Shown: positions 1 through 12,457 of the stretch, piece by piece
Layout of the letters: each line of letters begins with the position of its first letter
Numbering within the stretch: position 1 is the first letter of the stretch
NCBI GenBank assembly: GCA_026387835.1
Contig: JAPLKZ010000005.1
Coordinates: 243,071-275,070 of the forward strand
DNA: 32,000 nucleotides
Reading direction: 5' to 3'
From: Candidatus Saganbacteria bacterium
Lineage (GTDB): Bacteria > Margulisbacteria > WOR-1 > JAKLHX01
Program-made: the position numbers and the translations under genes
The notes under the pieces: generated by a model
Databases searched by the model: none
Seen by the model: the letters and a program-made list of their open reading frames with translations, nothing else
What the model was told of the DNA's origin: nothing

Positions 1-1609
<1,609 letters not shown>

Positions 1610-1617
<8 letters not shown>

Positions 1618-2866
1618 ACTACTCATAAAAGGCGGCCCGCCGCTGCACGGCAGCGTTAAGATCAGCGGGGCAAAGAACTCCGCTCTGCCCATAATGGCCG
1701 CCTCACTTCTTTTAAACGGCGAATCCCATCTTACGAATATCCCTCTTTTAAATGATGTCGTTACGATGATAAGAGTGCTGCGCGTGCTCGGCCTCAGAGT
1801 GGAGTACAGCGAGCCCAACACCGTGCATGTATGGGTGAACGGCAAGATAAAACATGTCGCGCCTTACGAACTGGTCACAAAAATGAGAGCTTCTTTTTTT
1901 ATCATAGGTCCGATACTTGCGCGAATGGGACTGGCAAAAGTCCCTCTTCCCGGAGGATGCGCGATAGGTTTCAGGCCGGTCAATTATTATATAAAAGGCC
2001 TCGAGGCTCTGGGCGCAAGCATAGAAATGGAACACGGTTTTGTAATAGCGAAGGCAAAAAAACTTAAGGGCGCGAAAATATACCTGGATTTTCCTTCTGT
2101 CGGAGCTACGGAGAGCCTGATGATGGCGGCGACTTTAGCGGAAGGCAAAACGGTCATAGAGAACGCCGCGCAGGAGCCGGAGATAGGCGATCTTGCCATC
2201 TATCTTAAAAGATGCGGAGCTCTTATAGAAGGAGAGGGGACAGAGACGATAACGATAACGGGAGTGGAAAAACTGAAAGGCTGCGAGCATAAAATAATAC
2301 CTGACAGGATAGAAGCCGGCACTTTTCTCCTGCTGGGTTCGACGCCGAACAGCAGAGTAACAGTGGAAAATGTCATCCCGGACCACCTGATAGCGGTAAC
2401 GACTAAGCTGTCGGACTGCGGGGCCAGTATCAAGACCGAAGGCGGAAAGATGATCGTGAGCGGGCCTAAAAAGATAAAAGCCGTTAATTTTAAGACCCTT
2501 CCTTATCCGGGCTTCCCGACGGATATGCAGTCCCAGTTCACATCGCTTTTGTCCGTGGCGGACGGCACAAGCGTCATAAACGAGACGATATTCGAGAACA
2601 GGTTCATGCATGTTCAGGAGCTTAAAAGGATGGGCGCGGACATACAGATCGAAGGACACAGCGTGATAATAAACGGGGTGGACAAATTATCGGGAGCGCC
2701 GGTAAGGGCTTCCGATCTCCGTGCCGGAGCGGCCCTGACCATAGCCGGCCTGATCGCCGACGGCGAGACATTGATAGATGATATTGACAGGCACATAGAC
2801 AGGGGATATGAGAAATTCGCACAGAAATTAAAAGGACTGGGTGCTGATGTCCAGGAAATTGCGTAG
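1610..2866 (+). CDS. murA: UDP-N-acetylglucosamine 1-carboxyvinyltransferase
   Basis: The N-terminus is MRKLLIKGG.PL.G.V.ISGAKNSALP. The catalytic-loop Cys sits in PGGCAIGFRP. Length and pattern match MurA throughout. ATG 1610 overlaps the atpC stop; TTG 1598 in the ORF track is an alternative start. Confidence 0.95.
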
Positions 2867-3257
2867 AATAGCTGAATTGGTGGTAAAAGGGGAAGCGTTG
2901 CGAGCGGGCCTGCCCGCATTGCTACGCAAAGCGTTGCAGGCGGGCAGGGGGAAAGTCGAAATAACCTTTGTCGATGACGCTGTTATAAGAAGCCTGAACA
3001 GAAAGTTCAGGAAGATCGACAAAGCAACAGATGTCCTATCTTTTAATATGGACGATGAGGATATCCTGGGTGAGGTCGTAATATCAAAAGACACGGCTAA
3101 AAGGAACGCGGCAAGGTACGCGGTAAGTTATGAAAAAGAAACGGAGCGGCTTGTGATACACGGCACTCTCCATCTTTTAGGCTTCGGCCATGACAGGAAA
3201 TCTGATAGAATAGTGATGAGAAAGAAAGAAACATATTATGCCGAGAAAATTAGCTAG
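2847..3257 (+). CDS. ybeY: rRNA maturation endoribonuclease YbeY
   Basis: It has the zinc-binding motif HGTLHLLGFGHD (HGxLHLxGxxH) and is about 137 aa. It sits in the conserved ybeY-dgkA-CorC neighbourhood. GTG 2841 is an alternative start. Confidence 0.9.
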   Translation: MSRKLRRIAELVVKGEALRAGLPALLRKALQAGRGKVEITFVDDAVIRSLNRKFRKIDKATDVLSFNMDDEDILGEVVISKDTAKRNAARYAVSYEKETERLVIHGTLHLLGFGHDRKSDRIVMRKKETYYAEKIS

Positions 3258-3608
3258 AAGCATAACGTATGCACTCCGGGGCATAAGGCTCTCGTTCCGC
3301 TCGCAGAGGAACCTCAGTATCCATCTTTTTACCGGAAGTATCGCTTTCTTACTTGCCATAATCCTTCATATAAGTGTGATAGAGATGGTAGTAATACTGG
3401 TGGTCATCGGTTTGGTGATCGTGGCCGAGATGTTAAATACCGCCATGGAAGAGATCGTCAACTTGTTCACTTTGAGCCGCAAGATAAGGGCCATGGTGGC
3501 GAAGGATGTCGCCGCCGGAGCGGTGCTTGTGGCATGCAGCACTGCGGTAGTGGTCGGATGCATGATATTCCTTCACAGGATAGTGAATATCCTGCTGAGA
3601 GGCCGTTT

Positions 3609-3612
<4 letters not shown>
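3238..3612 (+). CDS. dgkA: diacylglycerol kinase / undecaprenol kinase family membrane protein
   Basis: The 124-aa protein has about three predicted TM helices and a DgkA-type N-terminus (SF..A..G.....R.QRN..IH) followed by EMLNTAMEEIVN. It overlaps the ybeY stop. Confidence 0.85.
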
Positions 3613-6525
<2,913 letters not shown>

Positions 6526-6688
6526 GGTACACACAGAGTGATCCTCCGACGCGTTCATTTTTAAAAATATAATGTACAAGAATCTCTTTTATATCTACGA
6601 TATTAATATGATTGATATAATGTGATAATTAAGATAAAGGAACGGTATCGGCTTATTCATTCAAAATCGCCCATAAAAGGCTTAAAAA

Positions 6689-7612
6689 ATGGTTGATATC
6701 AAAAAGATCATTGTTGGTGCAGAAGGACCCTGCAGCTCATGGATGCAGGGCTTTGACCCCAGTGACCGTAAAACCGGAAATACTATGTCTAAACTAATTA
6801 AAAAATATAATGACAAACACACGGACAGTAAGCTAGGGTTATCATTCACCAGAGACAATGCGACTGCCAGGTTCACGATCAGTAATTCGCGTTCAGTCAC
6901 AAAAGGAACAATGAACGACTTGTTTTCTTGCGAGGATTATTTTTTTTCATATCCAAAGATAGACGAAGAACGCGATCATAACGGAAACCTGCAAGGGTCC
7001 CTTGTTTTCAGCAACCCGAATAAAGATCAGAGAACCGGCAAGAGAATAATAAACGGGCAGGTCACTACAAAACTTATAGAGAGCTCTCCTGATTCGAAGA
7101 CAGCCAAGGAAATTCCTGTAGGCGCATGTTTTCTGGCTGAGTATAATAAAGAAACTACCGCTCTCCAGACAAGGTTCCTAGAAACATGCATAGCAGTGAC
7201 TTTTTACGAACCGGGTACAAAAACCGGGGTCCTCGCGCATTTCGACAGCCAGGAAAAAGCCAAAGAACTAAAAAATGTGATTAATACCCTTAAAAATAAA
7301 GGGATCGATCTTTCAAAAGTACAGGTCAGCATCATCGGAGGGGACGGGTCCGATCCATCTAACAGGACATTTATCGAGATCAGCAAGATCCTGGACGATG
7401 AAATGGTCCCGATCACCGAGACTAATATCGGGTTCCACGCCAGCCGGCCGTTCAATATAAATCTTGATCTGTCAAACGGGAAAATAACCAGCTATAAAGA
7501 AACGATCCAATATAAAAACGATCCATCTTACAATGAGAATTTCTTTAAAAAATTCGGGGATTTCACCGAAAGGAACAATTTGGTGATAATCGATGAACTG
7601 CCTGACATTTAG
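6689..7612 (+). CDS. hypothetical protein with C-terminal CheD-like (glutamine deamidase fold) domain
   Basis: This 307-aa ORF lies in an AT-richer gene flanked by AT-rich spacers. Residues about 170-300 follow the CheD pattern: LETCIAVTFYEPGTKTGVLAHF (compare LGSCVAV...D P..K.G..AH), then IIGGDG, then TNIGFHASRPFNINLDLSNGKI. The N-terminal 170 aa or so are unrecognised. ATG 6785 is an alternative start. Confidence 0.6.
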   Translation: MVDIKKIIVGAEGPCSSWMQGFDPSDRKTGNTMSKLIKKYNDKHTDSKLGLSFTRDNATARFTISNSRSVTKGTMNDLFSCEDYFFSYPKIDEERDHNGNLQGSLVFSNPNKDQRTGKRIINGQVTTKLIESSPDSKTAKEIPVGACFLAEYNKETTALQTRFLETCIAVTFYEPGTKTGVLAHFDSQEKAKELKNVINTLKNKGIDLSKVQVSIIGGDGSDPSNRTFIEISKILDDEMVPITETNIGFHASRPFNINLDLSNGKITSYKETIQYKNDPSYNENFFKKFGDFTERNNLVIIDELPDI

Positions 7613-7689
7613 GCGCCTGGTCGTACTATTAAATATATTTTGACAACCTGAACCCCTTCAATGCCTAAGTAAAACCCTCCAGAACAATA

Positions 7690-7718
7690 TTCACAACAGC
7701 TTCTTTGCAGTATATAAT
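7690..7718 (+). promoter_or_regulatory. sigma70-like promoter upstream of tRNA-Ser(CGA)
   Basis: TTCACA (7690-7695), a 17-nt spacer, then TATAAT (7713-7718). It lies about 55 nt upstream of the tRNA. A 7-bp hairpin (7737-7755) sits in the leader. Confidence 0.45.
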
Positions 7719-7772
7719 GGTAAGCGGAGGAGTGGCCCCCGATAGGGAATCGGGGCAGGCGAGTGGTTTAAT

Positions 7773-7860
7773 GGAGGGATGGCCGAGTGGTTGATGGCGG
7801 CGGTCTCGAAAACCGTTTCCCGATCTAATCGGGACGCAGGTTCGAATCCTGCTCCCTCCG
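7773..7860 (+). tRNA. tRNA-Ser(CGA)
   Basis: The manually folded cloverleaf has acceptor GGAGGGA/TCCCTCC, anticodon loop CT-CGA-AA, a long class II variable arm, T-loop GGTTCGAATCC and discriminator G. No CCA is encoded. Confidence 0.9.
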
Positions 7861-7881
7861 ATTTTTTATGGGAGGTCATTT

Positions 7882-8364
7882 ATGAAAGTATTGGTAGCCT
7901 ATTATTCGAGGGATGGTGCGACAAGGAAAGCGGCGGAAAGCATCGCGGGCATATTGAAATGCGATATCGAGGAGATAATCGACACCAGGAACAGGAAGGG
8001 CCTGTGGGGTTTCATGACCGGCGGTTTTGACGCGCAGTTCAAAAAACTGACAGTCATACAAGAGATGAAAAAAGATGCTTCGGCTTATGACCTGGTCGTG
8101 ATCGGGACACCTATATGGTCTTCGAAAATGGTCCCGGCAATAAGGACGTATATCATCCAGAACGTAAAAAAAATGAAAAACATAGCAATATTCTGCTGCT
8201 TCGGAGGATACGGAGATAAAAAAACTTTCAATGATATAGAAACACTGTGCGAGAAACGCGCGGCGTCAAAAGCATCGTTCAAGAGAAATGAAGTGAAGAC
8301 CGGCGAGTTCATCCAGAAGGCAAAAGAATTTGCGGGCGAGATACAGAACAGGGAGGCGATCTAA
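7882..8364 (+). CDS. flavodoxin-like protein
   Basis: The N-terminus MKVLVAYYSRDGATRKAAE matches the flavodoxin FMN-binding loop pattern. Later come DLVVIGTPIW and the size expected of a flavodoxin-like fold (160 aa). Confidence 0.85.
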   Translation: MKVLVAYYSRDGATRKAAESIAGILKCDIEEIIDTRNRKGLWGFMTGGFDAQFKKLTVIQEMKKDASAYDLVVIGTPIWSSKMVPAIRTYIIQNVKKMKNIAIFCCFGGYGDKKTFNDIETLCEKRAASKASFKRNEVKTGEFIQKAKEFAGEIQNREAI

Positions 8365-8535
8365 ATGAACAAGTTCACGATGATGAAGGCCGGCGGTCTT
8401 TTAACACTGGTATTGCTCGCATGCACGGCAATTATAGGATATCTCCATCTTGGAATTAAGCTGCATGTGATCTTTGCTATGCTGACACTGGTAGCTGCTT
8501 TATCGCACGTGTTTATTGTTATAAAGAAGGCTTGA
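8365..8535 (+). CDS. small hypothetical membrane protein (56 aa, two predicted TM helices)
   Basis: ATG 8365 lies 1 nt after the flavodoxin stop. The translation is MNKFTMMKAGGLLTLVLLACTAIIGYLHLGIKLHVIFAMLTLVAALSHVFIVIKKA. It falls below the ORF-track length cutoff and has no recognisable family. Confidence 0.4.
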   Translation: MNKFTMMKAGGLLTLVLLACTAIIGYLHLGIKLHVIFAMLTLVAALSHVFIVIKKA

Positions 8536-8603
8536 GTTTGAGTGTGAGTTTTGAGTGTTGAGTTTTTTACTCAAGACTAATTACTCAAACTTAGTACTTA
8601 AAT

Positions 8604-8690
8604 GGAGGGGTGGCCGAGTGGTTGAAGGCGCTCGCCTGGAAAGCGTGTTTACGTGAAAGCGTAACGTGGGTTCGAATCCCACCTCCTCCG
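8604..8690 (+). tRNA. tRNA-Ser(GGA)
   Basis: The cloverleaf has acceptor GGAGGGG/CTCCTCC (one G-U pair), anticodon loop CT-GGA-AA, a long variable arm, T-loop GGTTCGAATCC and discriminator G at 8690. The integrated element starts at its last three bases. Confidence 0.9.
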
Positions 8691-10127
8691 ATGATTGAGA
8701 TATTGAGCGTTTTTAAAAAGCGGCCGCCAGCCGATCCTAGAATCAAATTGTAATTTTTTGCCTTTCAAAATAAAGTTCGAGCCGATATTTTTTAGGAATG
8801 TAAGGATTTCTTCATAATTATTTGTGGCGATAAGATTTTTGGCTTGGCATCCGGATAAAATAATCTCTTTCATCGGTTCGAGCCAATTATTTCCCTTTTG
8901 TTCAAAATCCTTTATCTTTTGTTGTATGTCCAGCTTTTCGTTTAATAGGGCATTCTTTTTTACCTGATATGTTTCCGGGTCTATGCCTTCCCCCTCTATG
9001 AACAGATCAAGCAGTTTATCCATTTTTACTGCAATATCAGATTTCTTTTGTTGCAGATTTTGAACAAAAGATTTTGTTTCTGCTTGAGCAAGCTCTTTTT
9101 CGTTATTGAGGTCTATCAGCATTTTCTTCACCCAGTCATCAGGGATTATCGTTTTGCTGATAGCATCTTTCATCTGATCGATTATGGATTCCTGGCGCGT
9201 ATATTTCTCATCACACTTTTGCTTTTTCTTAGTGCAGCGATAATAGATATGGCCTTTTTGCTTTTCGGCGGTTATCATACAACCACAATTGCCGCATCGC
9301 ATCAGTCCAGAAAAAGCAAATTCATGTTTTCGTTTGCGCTTTTTCTTGCCTCTATTGGCCATTACTTGTTGAGCTTGCTCATATAGAGATTTGGAAATAA
9401 TTGGCTCGTGAGTTCCTTCGTGCATTTCTCCGTTATATCGGAATACTCCATAATAAAAAGGACTTTTTAACATGTGCTGGACACGGGCAGGAACGAGGAT
9501 ATATCCACGATAGCTTTTCATCCCGGCTCTTTCAAGGAATTGCTTTATTGAAAGCAATGTATAGTCACCGGTTGCATACAGCTCAAATGCCTTTCGTATT
9601 AGCGGAGCTTTTTCAGTATCAACTTCAATTCCTTTTGTCTTGTAATTGTTTAGATACCCCAATGGAGCAAATGCAGGCCAAATACCGTTACGCACTTTCT
9701 GCCGATGTCCTCGTTTTACATTCTCGCTTAGATTATCTATGTAATACTTGCTTTGGCCAAAGGCGATATTTAACATGAATTTTCCTTGAGGTGTAGAATC
9801 AAACCAGAAGGTCGGGAACTTGAGATCTTTCAGCCTGCCCGTGTCCAGCAAGTAAATAATTTTGCCTCCATCTATTGAATTGCGTGCTAATCTGTCCGGA
9901 TGCCAAGCCAAAACGCCACAAGCTTCACCTTTTTCAATCCGATCAAGCATTTCATTGAATATTTCTCTGCCGGGTTCTTTGGCAGTTTTTGCCTCGCAGA
10001 GCGAGGCGACGATTTCAAGTTTTTCTTTGGCGGCAAATTCTTTTAGCTCAACCAATTGTGCCTCAATGGATAATATCTGTCTTTCTTCCGAATCAGTTGA
10101 TTTCCGGGCATAAAGGAAATACTTCAT
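8649..10127 (-). CDS. large serine recombinase
   Basis: It has a resolvase-type N-terminal catalytic domain (FLYARKSTDSEERQILSIEAQ...WHPDRLARN), a recombinase domain and a zinc-ribbon (CGNCG...YYRCTKKKQKC), followed by a long helical C-terminal region. A GGAGG-rich RBS precedes ATG 10127. The last 14 codons are antisense to the tRNA-Ser(GGA) 3' half. Confidence 0.93.
   Translation of the reverse strand: MKYFLYARKSTDSEERQILSIEAQLVELKEFAAKEKLEIVASLCEAKTAKEPGREIFNEMLDRIEKGEACGVLAWHPDRLARNSIDGGKIIYLLDTGRLKDLKFPTFWFDSTPQGKFMLNIAFGQSKYYIDNLSENVKRGHRQKVRNGIWPAFAPLGYLNNYKTKGIEVDTEKAPLIRKAFELYATGDYTLLSIKQFLERAGMKSYRGYILVPARVQHMLKSPFYYGVFRYNGEMHEGTHEPIISKSLYEQAQQVMANRGKKKRKRKHEFAFSGLMRCGNCGCMITAEKQKGHIYYRCTKKKQKCDEKYTRQESIIDQMKDAISKTIIPDDWVKKMLIDLNNEKELAQAETKSFVQNLQQKKSDIAVKMDKLLDLFIEGEGIDPETYQVKKNALLNEKLDIQQKIKDFEQKGNNWLEPMKEIILSGCQAKNLIATNNYEEILTFLKNIGSNFILKGKKLQFDSRIGWRPLFKNAQYLNHRRRWDSNPRYAFT
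8688..8762. repeat. IR-A left copy (inverted repeat flanking the recombinase gene)
   Basis: The reverse complement of 10220-10287 matches this region. There are identical blocks of 14 nt and 29 nt (GTTTTTAAAAAGCGGCCGCCAGCCGATCC) plus 17 of 18 nt. They are interrupted by a 7-nt substituted patch and a 7-nt indel. Confidence 0.9.
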
Positions 10128-10157
10128 AATCCCTCCTCCTTTCAATATAGATATCGG

Positions 10158-10178
10158 TCAAAAAGCCCGCTTTTGGCC
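10158..10178. repeat. 21-nt inverted repeat P' (partner 10441-10461)
   Basis: TCAAAAAGCCCGCTTTTGGCC is the exact reverse complement of 10441-10461. It lies just upstream of the recombinase RBS, and its partner lies upstream of the XRE gene. It is hairpin-prone itself. Confidence 0.85.
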
Positions 10179-10219
10179 AGCTTCATTTGGAGTATTTATT
10201 GCTCCAAATGGAGCTGTAA

Positions 10220-10287
10220 GGCAAAAAATTCCAATTTGGATCGGCTGGCGGCCGCTTTTTAAAAACGGCGGAAATCTCAATCATCGG
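10220..10287. repeat. IR-A right copy (degenerate plus-orientation copy of the recombinase 3' end)
   Basis: See IR-A left. It is contiguous with IR-B left and shares the 4 nt TCGG (10284-10287) with it. Confidence 0.9.
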
Positions 10288-10395
10288 GAACTATATAAAA
10301 ATATCAGAACCGAGATGACCGCCGATCCTTAGGGCGGCGGTTGCCGCCGTCCAACCGCCGCCCCGTTCCCGCTGCTGGGCGACCTTTTCGGATTG
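10284..10395. repeat. IR-B left copy (112-nt inverted repeat)
   Basis: The reverse complement matches 14958-15069 at 110 of 112 positions by manual alignment. It contains a G+C-rich 12-bp stem (GGGCGGCGGTTG/CAACCGCCGCCC). Confidence 0.92.
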
Positions 10396-10440
10396 AAAAA
10401 CTGCCAAAGAACCCAAAAATATCGGCTCAAACTTTATTTT
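10396..10440 (+). pseudogene. internally deleted fragments of a second serine recombinase gene copy
   Basis: 10396-10414 is identical (19/19) to recombinase codons 47-52 (KTAKEP; reverse complement of 9972-9990). 10415-10440 matches 25 of 26 nt of codons 446-454 (KNIGSNFIL; reverse complement of 8767-8792). Both lie in the orientation opposite to the intact gene. Confidence 0.75.
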
Positions 10441-10461
10441 GGCCAAAAGCGGGCTTTTTGA
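10441..10461. repeat. 21-nt inverted repeat P (partner 10158-10178)
   Basis: GGCCAAAAGCGGGCTTTTTGA is the exact reverse complement of 10158-10178. Confidence 0.85.
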
Positions 10462-10539
10462 ATTCCGGATTGTCCCCGACCACCCACCCCTGAATAAATT
10501 GATAAATAACGCAATTATTGTTAGTATTATATTGAAAGG

Positions 10540-10560
10540 TAGCATATCAATAATATGCTA
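10540..10560. promoter_or_regulatory. palindrome upstream of the XRE gene (candidate operator)
   Basis: TAGCATA-N7-TATGCTA lies 17 nt upstream of ATG 10577. The preceding TATATTGAAAGG is shared with the region upstream of the recombinase gene. Confidence 0.35.
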
Positions 10561-10576
10561 TCAATTAAATGATATA

Positions 10577-10783
10577 ATGTCAATAAATAATAATATAGGA
10601 AAGAATATCAAACGTTTACGCACAAAATTAGGCTTCTCGCAAGAGACCTTGGCTGTAAAATCAGATGTAAAATACACGACTCTTACTAAGATTGAGAGTA
10701 ATGTTATAAAGAAACCCTCAGTATTGCTAATGGCAAAAATCGCAAATATATTAAATGTTCAAATTGAGGAGCTAATAAAATAA
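10577..10783 (+). CDS. XRE-family helix-turn-helix transcriptional regulator (68 aa)
   Basis: IGKNIKRLRTKLGFSQETLAVKSDVKYTTLTKIESNVIKKPSVLLMAKIANILNVQIEELI is a canonical HTH_3/XRE pattern. The ORF-track start at 10439 reads through the recombinase fragments and is unlikely to be real. Confidence 0.85.
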   Translation: MSINNNIGKNIKRLRTKLGFSQETLAVKSDVKYTTLTKIESNVIKKPSVLLMAKIANILNVQIEELIK

Positions 10784-10787
10784 CCAT

Positions 10788-11483
10788 ATGAAATATGAAT
10801 TGGAAATTTATAATAGAAATGTGCCTGATGAGCATCTTCTTGATGATTTAAAAGCAGTTGCTAAGAAATTAGGCAGGTCTTCTGTGACTCATGAGGAATA
10901 TAATAAAAATGGGAAGTATAATAGTACAACTTATATGCGAAGATTTGGTGGTTGGTTTAAATCGTTAGAAATGGCAGGGCTCCAAAAAACAAGAACGCCA
11001 GCTAATGTTTCCGAAGATGACTTGTTTAACAATATTGAAGAGATTTGGATAAAACTCGGCAGACAACCACGATATCAAGAAGTTAGAACCCCATTATCAA
11101 AATATTGTGCAGGAACATACGAAAACAGATTTGGAACATGGCGGAAGGCACTAGAAGCTTTCATAGATTATATTAATAAGGATCAAGATAAATGTTCAAA
11201 TGAAATATCTCAAAAAGAGATAAAATCCGGAGAGACTTCTAAATCTAATAAACACATAAAGATGACAAAAAGAGAAATATCGGATAGATTGCGTTTCCGG
11301 ATATTATTAAGAGATGGTTTTACGTGCAGAAAATGTGGCCGCAGTCCGCTGAAGAATCCAGGAATCGAATTGCATGTTGATCATATCCTTCCTTGGTCCA
11401 AAGGTGGCGAGACAACGATTGAGAATCTCGAGACGAAATGCGAAAAATGCAATCTGGGTAAAGGGAATGCATTTGATGTTTGA
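10788..11483 (+). CDS. HNH endonuclease with two N-terminal homing-endonuclease-associated repeats
   Basis: The motif Y..RFGxW..xLE.A occurs twice (YMRRFGGWFKSLEMAG and YENRFGTWRKALEAF). The C-terminal HNH motif is CRKCGR...HVDHILPWSKGGETTIENLETKCEKCN. Confidence 0.9.
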   Translation: MKYELEIYNRNVPDEHLLDDLKAVAKKLGRSSVTHEEYNKNGKYNSTTYMRRFGGWFKSLEMAGLQKTRTPANVSEDDLFNNIEEIWIKLGRQPRYQEVRTPLSKYCAGTYENRFGTWRKALEAFIDYINKDQDKCSNEISQKEIKSGETSKSNKHIKMTKREISDRLRFRILLRDGFTCRKCGRSPLKNPGIELHVDHILPWSKGGETTIENLETKCEKCNLGKGNAFDV

Positions 11484-11537
11484 TTCTTATATAGAAATGG
11501 GTAATGTCTTAGAGCAGTTAATAAGGATTGTAATAAC

Positions 11538-12449
11538 ATGGCAAATATAACATGCAAAGCGAATAATCTAAGCGGGAAAAGATGCAAAAGGAATCCTCTG
11601 AAATCTGGGTTTTGTCCAACTCATGACCCGGAAATATTAAATAAAAAAGAAGAACAGAAGAAGGCTGATGAAAAAAAGCGACAAAAAATAGATGAATTAT
11701 TATCTATTGTCACAAAAACATGTAAGGCAAATGGTTGGGGCTGGGAAGTTGATGCATTTGATGATAATGATTTTTCTTCAGCCATTGTTAATGTTCATAA
11801 ATATGTTTCAGGTCAAGACATTTCAGCATTGTTTCACATTAATATATCAAAAGACAATATTCAGTATAGGATTGAGAAAACATCATTTTACGGATACGGC
11901 GTTGAGGCATTAATGAGTTCAATATCAAGTGCATTTGAAAGAAAAGGATTTGTTAGTCCAAAATCACTAGGAGGTGAACCAAATAAAAAGAATTCCTTAT
12001 TAGATGTTTTGCCGATAATATTTGAACGATTTCATGTTGTGGCAACGCAGCTGTCAAATCGTTATAATAAGAGACCTACATTGACAATTTCTGATGAATA
12101 TGACGTACAGGATCTTTTACATGCTCTCCTTCGAGTTCATTTTACCGATGTTAGGCCAGAGGAGTATACTCCCAGTTATGCGGGATCATCTTCAAGAATA
12201 GATTTCCTTCTCAAAGATGAGAAGACGCTTCTTGAGGTTAAATATGCAACAACTTCCTTAAAGGACAAAGCGATTGGAGAACAGTTAATAATAGATGTTG
12301 AGAAGTATAAAAGACACACCGATTGTGAAAACTTGTTTTGTTTCATATATAATCCAGGTTTTTCTATTAAGAATCCAAGCGGGCTAGAAAAAGATTTGTC
12401 AGGAAAAAATGGTAATATTAATGTTAAAGTATTCGTTTACCCAAAATAA
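11538..12449 (+). CDS. hypothetical protein with Cys/His-rich N-terminus and C-terminal PD-(D/E)xK-like nuclease motif
   Basis: The C-terminal SRIDFLLKDEKTLLEVKY fits the D...(E/D)xK core of Hjc/YraN-like nucleases, preceded by an acidic PEE. The N-terminal CKANNLSGKRCKRNPLKSGFCPTH could bind metal. The family is not recognised with certainty. Confidence 0.6.
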   Translation: MANITCKANNLSGKRCKRNPLKSGFCPTHDPEILNKKEEQKKADEKKRQKIDELLSIVTKTCKANGWGWEVDAFDDNDFSSAIVNVHKYVSGQDISALFHINISKDNIQYRIEKTSFYGYGVEALMSSISSAFERKGFVSPKSLGGEPNKKNSLLDVLPIIFERFHVVATQLSNRYNKRPTLTISDEYDVQDLLHALLRVHFTDVRPEEYTPSYAGSSSRIDFLLKDEKTLLEVKYATTSLKDKAIGEQLIIDVEKYKRHTDCENLFCFIYNPGFSIKNPSGLEKDLSGKNGNINVKVFVYPK

Positions 12450-12457
12450 AATAGAAA

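Noticed and set aside
8536-8603. The TGAGT-rich imperfect inverted repeat between the small membrane ORF and tRNA-Ser(GGA).
   Set aside because: It probably forms only a weak terminator or tRNA promoter-region structure. The pairing is imperfect and I could not assign a specific function.
10291-10545. Minus-strand 84-aa ORF, and the equivalent plus-strand tail at 14927-15065, reading through IR-B.
   Set aside because: The ORF body is made of IR-B plus antisense recombinase fragments. The two differences between the IR copies are both non-synonymous. There is no RBS or credible N-terminus.
10439-10576. The ORF-track N-terminal extension of the XRE gene (TTG 10439).
   Set aside because: The extension translates the P repeat and spacer. 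The XRE domain begins at ATG 10577, and 68 aa is a normal size.
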